Shown: positions 17,532-24,869 of the stretch, one piece after another
Numbering within the stretch: the first letter of the stretch is position 1
How the letters are laid out: each line of letters starts with the position of its first letter
Source: Bacteroidota bacterium
Lineage (GTDB): Bacteria; Bacteroidota; Ignavibacteria; Kapaibacteriales; UBA2268
Reading direction: 5' to 3'
Assembly: GCA_009777815.1 (NCBI GenBank)
Contig: WRLB01000002.1
Span: 1-50,703, forward strand
Length of the DNA: 50,703 bases
Notes under the pieces: model-generated
Database searches by the model: none
Told to the model about the DNA's origin: nothing
Seen by the model: the letters and a program-made list of their open reading frames with translations, nothing else
Translations under genes and position numbers: made by a program

Positions 17532-17599
17532 TATGCTGAATTTATTTCAGCATCTACTAATTTTATGCGAGCAGATTCCGAAACAAGTTCGGAATGACA
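17532..17599. repeat. Intergenic palindromic elements
   Basis: ATGCTGAATTTATTTCAGCAT and GATTCCGAAACAAGTTCGGAATGACA. Confidence 0.8.
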
Positions 17600-17606
17600 G
17601 GGATAA

Positions 17607-17686
17607 CCACCCCGTCATTTGTTGAAGCAAATGCCACCCCTCCACGGGAGTGGAACTGTTCCCCTCCCGTGGAGGGGCAGGGGTGG
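17607..17686 (+). repeat. Cloverleaf-like GC-rich element, copy 2
   Basis: Same orientation and architecture as 10485-10563, with the outer stem CCACCCC/GGGGTGG conserved. Confidence 0.8.
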
Positions 17687-17694
17687 TAAATTAA

Positions 17695-17795
17695 CACGGG
17701 GGCAAGCCCCCGTGCTGAATAAGTAGATTCCGAAACAAGTTCGGAATGACAAGTCATTTATCTGTCATTCCGAACTTATTTCAGCATCTACTAAT
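17695..17795. repeat. Intergenic palindromic elements
   Basis: CACGGGGGCAAGCCCCCGTG, GATTCCGAAACAAGTTCGGAATGACA and TGTCATTCCGAACTTATTTCAGCATC. Confidence 0.8.
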
Positions 17796-17810
17796 TATAT
17801 AATTCCTATG

Positions 17811-19466
17811 CTATTCTGTTATTAACTTATCTGAAGTAAGCAATTTATCAATTAGTTCGGTTTTTAAGATACTTAGTTGTTCTTTTATTTCGTTATTGCT
17901 TTTGGAAGTAGCAACCATAACATTTTTGGATTTATCGGCGAGTTTTTTAATTTCGGTTGCGACTACGTTAAAGCCCTTTCCGTATTGTCCTGCACTTGCT
18001 GCTTCTATAGAAGCATTTATAGAGATAAGATTTATATTTCTCGCAATATCGTGCAATGTAGATTGATTTTCGTCTATAGCATGTATTTTTGATTCTACTT
18101 TTGTTAAATTTACATTTAATTGCTGCTTTATTTCGTTAAATGACCGGTGTATTGTTGCATTAGAGTGGAAGAAACATGCTTCTACTTCTGCTTTCTTTGA
18201 AACAACTGCATTAACAAAATTATTACAGGTATGGAAGCCACAGGCATCACAATTATGGTTTCTTTTGCTTTCAGTATCTTTATCTAAAACTTCATAAATG
18301 CGTTCTACTTCACTTGCTCTTGCGACAGGATCAATGTGTTTTTTTGTAGATACATCTTTAATAGATTGTTGTTTGTTACTATAATGTCTTCTAAAATCTT
18401 CAGGGTTAAGTTCATTATCAAACACTGCAAATAAAGATTTAGCATTCTCATCTGCTTTTCTTTGTTCATCGTCTGTTAAGAATTGCTTTTTCATTTGATT
18501 TGTTGCATAATCAATATCATCAAATTCAATATCTTCATTAGTTCCTGTGCCGTGATTACAGCCATGAGGACAATTTAACATATCTACAAGTTGGGGCGTT
18601 GCTTGTCTATTACTTATTCGCTTTTTGAATTCTTTTAAATATTTCAAGTCGTGATGTATCCCTTCAACTTGTTTAATCCATAAAGCAGAATTAGTATAAA
18701 AATCTACATTTTCTTTTAATCCGCCTGGTCTACTAAAAGTAAATCCTAAATTAGAATTTACATTATCAAATTCTTGTTCTTCATAATTTGATAAGTTAAT
18801 TCTATGTTTTTCTAAATATTCTTTTATTTTAGTTGCTGTGACATTGTAATGCACGAAATTATTAGTATTAGGGTCAACAAACTCTATTTCTTTAGCAATA
18901 CAGGGAGAAAACATTGCTATTCTGCCACTGAAATTTTTATACTTTTTCAAATAAATAGCAGCACATAAAGTAGGACTATGAACAGGCGCTAAGTATTGAA
19001 TTAAAGATGGTTCATAATGTTCTATGTAATTAACAATTACAGGACAAGGTTGAGCAATCACTGACCGATTAATATTATGCTCATATAATTTTAGATATGC
19101 CCAAGTTGTAATATCCGCACCAAATGAAATATCATAAACAAGATTAACTCCAATGCTTTTTAAATAACCAATAAGGTTCTTATAATCTTTAAAGTTATGG
19201 AGTAGCGAAGGAGCAATAATTACTGCCATATCATATTTCTTAACATCATTAAAAAATTGTTCTGTATCATCTACAAAATGCCGTGCATTATGTTTGCATA
19301 CTTTTATACATTCTGCACATTGGATACATCTTTCATTAATAATATCAACTTTAATATGATTGTTCTTATCTTTTATCATTTTATTAGCGTAAATAGGGCA
19401 AGCAGAAATGCACCTATTACAGGATTCGCAATTTTCGACTCTAGTTCTAATAGTATTATTAGCCAT
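17811..19466 (-). CDS. 2x[4Fe-4S] ferredoxin plus [FeFe]-hydrogenase-like H-cluster domain plus CxxCGxxxC Fe-S motif plus short methyl-accepting chemotaxis signalling tip
   Basis: Ferredoxin motifs are CESCNRCISACP and CIQCAECIKVC. H-cluster-like motifs are QPCP, SPCIAKEIE (PCxxKxxE) and DMLNCPHGCNHGTG (CxxGCxxG). CDACGFHTC follows. The C-terminus NINLISINASIEAASAGQYGKGFNVVATEIKKLADKS matches the conserved MCP hairpin tip. Confidence 0.85.
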   Translation of the reverse strand: MANNTIRTRVENCESCNRCISACPIYANKMIKDKNNHIKVDIINERCIQCAECIKVCKHNARHFVDDTEQFFNDVKKYDMAVIIAPSLLHNFKDYKNLIGYLKSIGVNLVYDISFGADITTWAYLKLYEHNINRSVIAQPCPVIVNYIEHYEPSLIQYLAPVHSPTLCAAIYLKKYKNFSGRIAMFSPCIAKEIEFVDPNTNNFVHYNVTATKIKEYLEKHRINLSNYEEQEFDNVNSNLGFTFSRPGGLKENVDFYTNSALWIKQVEGIHHDLKYLKEFKKRISNRQATPQLVDMLNCPHGCNHGTGTNEDIEFDDIDYATNQMKKQFLTDDEQRKADENAKSLFAVFDNELNPEDFRRHYSNKQQSIKDVSTKKHIDPVARASEVERIYEVLDKDTESKRNHNCDACGFHTCNNFVNAVVSKKAEVEACFFHSNATIHRSFNEIKQQLNVNLTKVESKIHAIDENQSTLHDIARNINLISINASIEAASAGQYGKGFNVVATEIKKLADKSKNVMVATSKSNNEIKEQLSILKTELIDKLLTSDKLITE

Positions 19467-19537
19467 ATATTTATTTTAATTTACAATAACTTATTAATAA
19501 TTATCGGAATAAAACAGAAAATCTTTAAAAAACATTA

Positions 19538-19545
19538 CAAAAATA
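19538..19545 (-). promoter_or_regulatory. -7 box upstream of the hydrogenase-like gene
   Basis: The minus strand reads GGAAAAACGTATTTTTGTAATG, 72 nt upstream of the start. Confidence 0.4.
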
Positions 19546-19572
19546 CGTTTTTCCTAAAAAATGGGACTGATT

Positions 19573-20274
19573 CTATCCAGTTATAAGAAAGTAAAAACCT
19601 AATATAATTAAAGTAATGCCACCTACATATTTTACAATTAACGAAAATTTGTTGAGCATTTTAGATATTTTACCTAGTCCCAAGCCAACTCCAAGCATAG
19701 CAGATGCAAGCAATCCACCATACCCAAAAGCATAAAAAAGCATCATCAAAAAGCCACCAAATATGTCACCCTTGACAAATATAGTAGCAATGATAAAAGG
19801 ATAAATCGGATTACAGCACATATTGTGAAGTGCCGTTGCGCCACCAACAGTTATGCCAAGCAAAATAGCACTCGCAATACCTACATTTTTATTTTCAAAT
19901 TTGAATAACATTGTAGGAAGTTTGAAAGGCAAAATATCCAGCATATATACTCCTAAAAAAATTATAACAATTCCTGCCACAATGTTCCAATAATTGCCAA
20001 GAGATTCAACAAATAATCCGCCCGCATAACCAATCAAACAGCCAATTATAGACATAGAAACAACAACCCCCATAAGAAAAAATACACTGCTTAATAGAAG
20101 TGTTTTTGTTTTAGTTGTTGCACTCATAGAACTCGTATATCCTGCAACTGAACCAAGCATAGCCAAATTGCACGCACAAGTGAAAACACTAATTATTCCT
20201 AAAAGGAATACTGCGGGAAATACTACTATTCCTGCTTGGTCTACACCTAATATAGAATTAATCCATTCTTGCAT
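19573..20274 (-). CDS. CcdA/DsbD-family (cytochrome c biogenesis-type) thiol-disulfide membrane protein
   Basis: 233 aa, about 6 TM segments, with membrane-embedded Cys pairs FTCACN and NMCCNP. Confidence 0.6.
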   Translation of the reverse strand: MQEWINSILGVDQAGIVVFPAVFLLGIISVFTCACNLAMLGSVAGYTSSMSATTKTKTLLLSSVFFLMGVVVSMSIIGCLIGYAGGLFVESLGNYWNIVAGIVIIFLGVYMLDILPFKLPTMLFKFENKNVGIASAILLGITVGGATALHNMCCNPIYPFIIATIFVKGDIFGGFLMMLFYAFGYGGLLASAMLGVGLGLGKISKMLNKFSLIVKYVGGITLIILGFYFLITG

Positions 20275-20282
20275 AATATCTC

Positions 20283-20498
20283 CTATTTATGTTGGTGAGT
20301 ACAAGTTGAATGTTCTTTATTACAGCATTCGTCAGTGCATTTGTCGGTGTTATAAAAAACTTTATAACATATTAGCGTTACAACTGCTACCATAATTGCA
20401 ATAAACAACCATTTTTTCCATTTAGGTGTTTTTTTGTGTGTTGAGCAACAATTTTCATTACTACAACAATTTTCATTTTGATTATTTTGAATTTCCAT
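20283..20498 (-). CDS. Cys/His-rich single-pass membrane micro-protein
   Basis: The product MEIQNNQNENCCSNENCCSTHKK-TM-NTDKCTDECCNKEHSTCTHQHK starts at Met11 of the listed ORF, because the -7 box at 20526-20533 overlaps the longer start. The gene ends 8 nt before the CcdA-like gene. Confidence 0.6.
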   Translation of the reverse strand: MEIQNNQNENCCSNENCCSTHKKTPKWKKWLFIAIMVAVVTLICYKVFYNTDKCTDECCNKEHSTCTHQHK

Positions 20499-20525
20499 AA
20501 TTATACTTAATAATTGATAAACTCC

Positions 20526-20533
20526 CAAAAATA
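20526..20533 (-). promoter_or_regulatory. -7 box for the Cys-rich peptide/CcdA pair
   Basis: The minus strand reads CGAAAAACGTATTTTTGGGAG, 28 nt upstream of the ATG at 20498. Confidence 0.5.
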
Positions 20534-20603
20534 CGTTTTTCGGGAAAAAATAATATTCATATCTTGCTTACATCTGTAAAGATTTCGCAATCACCGCACA
20601 ATT

Positions 20604-21644
20604 CTACATAAAATATATTACTATTGCTGTAACAACTAAATTTAATATCGCTAATGGCAATAATATATGCCAACCCAAACGCATTAGTTGGTCGTATCTA
20701 AAACGAGGTATAGACCAACGAATCCAAACAATAATAAATACTAATATTGCTACTTTTGATAGTGTAACTATTACTTGCAATAATGCTGTGAGAATTGAAC
20801 CATCGTTCCAATCAACAAAAGGAAGTTGCCAACCACCAAAAAACAATACTACCATTATTATAGATGATGTAGCAACATTTGCATATTCTGCTAAAAAGAA
20901 CATACCGAATCGCATTGAAGAATATTCTGTGTTGTATCCTGCAACGAGTTCTTGTTCGGCTTCAGGGAAATCAAATGGCGTTCTATTTATTTCAGCCAGT
21001 GCGGCAATAAAATAAATTAGAAAAGCAACGGGTTGCAATAATACATTCCACTTCCAACCCGATTGATGTAATATAATATCGTTAGTTCCTAACGAGCCGC
21101 ATACCATAACTACGCTGACAATAGCCATTCCCATAGCAATTTCATATGAAATCATTTGTGCCGAAGAACGAAGTGCACCAAGCATAGAATATTTATTGCT
21201 TGAAGCCCAACCAGCAAGCGTAAAACTATATACGCCAACAGATGTCATCGCCAAAATAAATAGTATGCCGACATTAACATTTGGTGCAATGCCGAGATAA
21301 ATTACTCTGCCGCCAATTTCTATATAATGTGCTAAAGGAACAACAGTATATAATAGTATTGCAACAACAACAGATATAATTGGTGCTATCGCATGAACAA
21401 ATTTATCTGCATCGCGGGGGACAATATCTTCTTTAAAAAACAATTTAAAAACATCGGCGAAGGGCTGTAGCAAACCGAATGGTCCTGTTCTATTAGGACC
21501 CAATCTATCTTGTGCTACGGCGGCTACTCTACGTTCGAGCCACACCGTTAATGCCGCAGTAGTTAATAAATAAATTATAAATACAACACCTTTAATAAGG
21601 GCTTCAATAATGATAAAAAGAGAATCAGGCATATTCTTTAACAA
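20604..21644 (-). CDS. nuoH: NADH-quinone oxidoreductase subunit H
   Basis: LERRVAAVAQDRLGPNRTGPFGLLQPFADVFKLFFKEDIVP plus 8 TM segments. Confidence 0.92.
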   Translation of the reverse strand: MLKNMPDSLFIIIEALIKGVVFIIYLLTTAALTVWLERRVAAVAQDRLGPNRTGPFGLLQPFADVFKLFFKEDIVPRDADKFVHAIAPIISVVVAILLYTVVPLAHYIEIGGRVIYLGIAPNVNVGILFILAMTSVGVYSFTLAGWASSNKYSMLGALRSSAQMISYEIAMGMAIVSVVMVCGSLGTNDIILHQSGWKWNVLLQPVAFLIYFIAALAEINRTPFDFPEAEQELVAGYNTEYSSMRFGMFFLAEYANVATSSIIMVVLFFGGWQLPFVDWNDGSILTALLQVIVTLSKVAILVFIIVWIRWSIPRFRYDQLMRLGWHILLPLAILNLVVTAIVIYFM

Positions 21645-21663
21645 ATATCTATTTCATAAAATA

Positions 21664-21671
21664 CAAAAATA
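21664..21671 (-). promoter_or_regulatory. -7 box for nuoH
   Basis: The minus strand reads GAAAAAATACTATTTTTGTATTTT, 20 nt upstream of the start. Confidence 0.5.
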
Positions 21672-21817
21672 GTATTTTTTCAATAAAAAACATTTTTGGT
21701 AAGCATTATGCCGAATTTGATGCAGTATCTAAATAAAATTAGTTGATGCTAAAACAAATTAAGAATGACTGTTTTTTTAATATTATGCCGTAATTAATGT
21801 TTTTGCAAAATAAAAGT

Positions 21818-21825
21818 TATCTTTG
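21818..21825 (+). promoter_or_regulatory. -7 box TATCTTTG for psd
   Basis: AAAGTTATCTTTGCAAC lies 47 nt before the ATG at 21872 and inside the longer listed ORF. Confidence 0.5.
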
Positions 21826-21871
21826 CAACACATTAGTTAATTTTCATTCAAAAATAGTAAAAATAGATATT

Positions 21872-22537
21872 ATGCTCTCAAAATACGGACTCTCAAATAT
21901 AATTGTAATGGTTTTAATAGCAACAATTATGCTTATCTTGGCTATTCTACTTGCAAAAAAATTATACATAAGTATTCCACTTTTTACTTGTGCTTTTCTG
22001 CTTTATGTATTTACTTTTTGGTTTTTTAGGGACCCCGATAGAACTTTGCCAAGCGAAGCAGTAAATGATAATTCTATAATAATTTCTCCTGCCGATGGCG
22101 TTATTACTGAAATTGTAAAAGAGATAGAACAACATTATTTGCAAGATAGTTCTATTAGAATTAGTATTTTTTTGTCGCCTTTAGATGTTCATGTTAATCG
22201 TATTCCTATAAGTGGTTCGGTGGAGTTTTATAACTATAATCCAGGTAAATACATTATTGCAAATCATCCAAAAGCAAGCGAACTAAATGAGCAATCGCAA
22301 ATAGGCGTTAAAACAGAATATGGAAAAGTGTTTTTTAAACAAATCGTGGGAATGGTTGCTCGGCGATTGGTTTGCGAGTTAAAAGTCGGCGATAGCGTTA
22401 ATGTTGGTGATAGATTCGGTATGATGAAGTTTGGTTCTCGGATGGACATTGCTGTTTCACCTAACACTAAACTCTATGTAAATATCGGCGATAGAGTCAC
22501 CGCCGGCGAAACAATTATCGCAAAATTAGAAAAGTAA
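21872..22537 (+). CDS. psd: Phosphatidylserine decarboxylase (short form)
   Basis: FFRDPDR, SPADG, LSPLDVHVNRIP, ARRLV and the FGSRMD self-cleavage region. The start is set at the internal Met (MLSKYGL...). Confidence 0.88.
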   Translation: MLSKYGLSNIIVMVLIATIMLILAILLAKKLYISIPLFTCAFLLYVFTFWFFRDPDRTLPSEAVNDNSIIISPADGVITEIVKEIEQHYLQDSSIRISIFLSPLDVHVNRIPISGSVEFYNYNPGKYIIANHPKASELNEQSQIGVKTEYGKVFFKQIVGMVARRLVCELKVGDSVNVGDRFGMMKFGSRMDIAVSPNTKLYVNIGDRVTAGETIIAKLEK

Positions 22538-22549
22538 TAAACTTACTTA

Positions 22550-23758
22550 TCACTCGTTATACAATCTTATATTAGTTATTTGTTTTGTTGCTACTTTGGC
22601 GGGGAAATATGCCGCTAATACAGAAAGAAATAATGAAAATATACATATTAATACTACTTCTATAATTTGTAATTTCATTGGAAAAGTAGATGTTATATAA
22701 ACACTGGAATCTATTTCAAATAAATTAAAATTAATCTGCATCAATACAAGTCCAACGCCGACTAATAAACCAATTATTGTTCCTATAAAACCAATTATTG
22801 TGCCTTCTATGATGTAAATATGTGTTATCATTTTGTTTTCGGCACCTAACACTTTTAGTAATGAAATTTCTTGTTTTTTCTCCATTACTGTAAGTGCTAA
22901 TGATGCAAAAACATTAAATATCGCTATTAGCAAAATTAAACTAATTACGCAGAAAACAGCCACTCTTTCCATCTGCATTATACTATAAAGGTCTTTATTT
23001 AAATCAATCCAAGTTAGAGTTGCATATTGTGTTTCAATCAATATTTTGTTAATTAAATCAGTTATTTTTTTAGAATCATTATTAGTTAAAAATATATCTA
23101 AATGGCTAATCATTCCATCGCTAACATTTAGAATCTGGCGAACTATTTTGTAATCGGCATAGCAATTTGTTAAATCATAATCTTTTATACTTGTTTGTAT
23201 AATTGCATTAGAAAACACTTCAATTCCGCTTGGGAGTTGCAAAGTATTAAATGAATTTCTTAGCGAACGCATACTAATTAACTGCATAGTATCATAAATC
23301 GTTCCCTTCAGCAATCTATCTGCTAATGCTATTCCTACCACTATTTCATTACTATCTGTCTTATTACTACCATAAATAAATAATTTTTCATCAAGCAATC
23401 CATCACTATTAGAAATTAAATCTACCACTTCTATATTACTATTATTAACTATTACTGCTTTAGTTTGCAAAATCGGGTGAACACTTTTAATATCGGGCAA
23501 ACTTTTTATTTTTTCTAAAAGATTGCTATCAGTCATAAAATACGCACTTTCATTACTAACTATACGAATAGCAGGGTCTATATCTAAAATTACCTCTTCC
23601 ATAGTCGTTCTAAAGCCATTAAAAATAGACATTACAATAATTAGTGCCGCAACGCCGATAATAATTCCAACAATAGAAATAATTGTTATAATAGAAATAA
23701 AATCAAACTTCCCTTTCGGAAAAATATATCTTAAAGCAATTTTTAATCTAATATCCAT
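22550..23758 (-). CDS. FtsX-like ABC transporter permease (LolC/LolE family)
   Basis: 402 aa with a TM1, large periplasmic loop and 3 TM layout. N-terminus LKIALRYIFPKGKFDFISIITIISIVGI. Confidence 0.85.
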   Translation of the reverse strand: MDIRLKIALRYIFPKGKFDFISIITIISIVGIIIGVAALIIVMSIFNGFRTTMEEVILDIDPAIRIVSNESAYFMTDSNLLEKIKSLPDIKSVHPILQTKAVIVNNSNIEVVDLISNSDGLLDEKLFIYGSNKTDSNEIVVGIALADRLLKGTIYDTMQLISMRSLRNSFNTLQLPSGIEVFSNAIIQTSIKDYDLTNCYADYKIVRQILNVSDGMISHLDIFLTNNDSKKITDLINKILIETQYATLTWIDLNKDLYSIMQMERVAVFCVISLILLIAIFNVFASLALTVMEKKQEISLLKVLGAENKMITHIYIIEGTIIGFIGTIIGLLVGVGLVLMQINFNLFEIDSSVYITSTFPMKLQIIEVVLICIFSLFLSVLAAYFPAKVATKQITNIRLYNE

Positions 23759-23868
23759 AGTATTTTCTACAATATAGAGATAATTTTTGAAATTAAGATA
23801 TTGCTACTTCTAACGCTGTCATGCCGAATTTATTTTTGCATCCCCTTATTTTATGCAGTCAATACAAA

Positions 23869-23935
23869 TTATTTCCACCAATCTAACTCTAATTCTTCGA
23901 ATACGCTGTTTCTTTGCTCGGTGGCAAAAATAATT
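23869..23935 (-). pseudogene. Relic copy of the 3' end of the GH57 gene
   Basis: The reverse complement encodes ...ATEQRNSVFEELELDWWK-stop. Positions 23861-23922 are 62/62 identical to 24862-24923. Confidence 0.8.
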
Positions 23936-24631
23936 TTAAATTCTATACTTATAACCTGCTCTAAAAATACCTAACCTTCCAATACCAAGTTCCATATTGA
24001 ATATATGTTTTTCTCCTATGTCTATTCCAAAAGCGTTTAAATGTATTGCCACATCAAAGAAATATTCGTCATTCCTTGTTGTACTTAAAAAACTATGTAT
24101 TGTTTGTTTTGGCAGTATTTCTTTATCTCTTACGCATAAAGACGCTCCAAAATGAATTCCCCAATACAAAGAAACTTTATTTTTTCTGTAATAAGTGCGT
24201 CTATAATTTCCCATCAAAGCAAAATAATGATTCCAACCGCTACCATCAACTGTATCAACAGGGCGACTACCACCGCCAAATAAAGACCAACCTCCATAAT
24301 AGATGTGGTATCTATCAATATGCATACCCATCCATGACAATGATGCACCTATACTTTTTTTTGAATTAAAATGATAATTGTAATTCAACGCATAAGAACC
24401 CAAATGCCACATTTTTTCATCACCTATGTCTTCGTAGTTATTATAAGATATAAAGCCTGGTGCATAATCTGCAAATAAGAATCTATCTTTGGGATGATCA
24501 AGTGCAATTAAAGGAAACGTACCTACAGCAAAACCAATTTCGTGTTTTGGAATTAAAACCAGTGTATCTGTTTGTGCTTGCAATAAATAAGAAAAAGAAA
24601 CAAAAATTATTGCAAATAATACTTTCTTCAT
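23936..24631 (-). CDS. Secreted protein, probable outer-membrane beta-barrel, function unknown
   Basis: Signal peptide MKKVLFAIIFVSFSYLLQAQ. The sequence has alternating aromatic/Gly-rich strands and ends ...FRAGYKYRI. Confidence 0.6.
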   Translation of the reverse strand: MKKVLFAIIFVSFSYLLQAQTDTLVLIPKHEIGFAVGTFPLIALDHPKDRFLFADYAPGFISYNNYEDIGDEKMWHLGSYALNYNYHFNSKKSIGASLSWMGMHIDRYHIYYGGWSLFGGGSRPVDTVDGSGWNHYFALMGNYRRTYYRKNKVSLYWGIHFGASLCVRDKEILPKQTIHSFLSTTRNDEYFFDVAIHLNAFGIDIGEKHIFNMELGIGRLGIFRAGYKYRI

Positions 24632-24671
24632 AATATCTTTATTTAATTAAATGTTAATATACCTCTTTATT

Positions 24672-24695
24672 AACACGGGGATTAATCCCCGTGTT
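24672..24695. repeat. Hairpin element AACACGGGGATTAATCCCCGTGTT
   Basis: An identical copy lies at 46125-46148 and a degenerate copy at 27388-27411. Confidence 0.8.
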
Positions 24696-24740
24696 AAAAT
24701 TGCCACTTTATTAGCATAATCTTTTAAAAATATATATTTT

Positions 24741-24840
24741 TTTCTAAAATAATTTAGAAATTTCTAAAAATAAACAGAAATTTCTAATTGATAAATAGGT
24801 TTTTCTAAATTTAACTTGCTTATTCAAGTAAAATTTAGAA
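24741..24840. promoter_or_regulatory. Cluster of TTCTAAA/TTTAGAA palindromes (candidate operator array and terminator hairpin)
   Basis: TTCTAAAATAATTTAGAA; the 16 bp perfect palindrome TTTAGAAATTTCTAAA; AGAAATTTCT; and a 16 bp stem TTCTAAATTTAACTTG/CAAGTAAAATTTAGAA with one mismatch. Confidence 0.5.
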
Positions 24841-24869
24841 CTTTATAAATATATGCAAGTTAATACAAA

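Noticed and set aside
17563-17757. 64 aa ORF (MTCHSELVSES...VIPNLFRNLLA) on the minus strand
   Set aside because: It lies entirely within stacked palindromic repeat elements. The peptide is just the translation of the hairpin arms, and there is no promoter box or coding-like composition.
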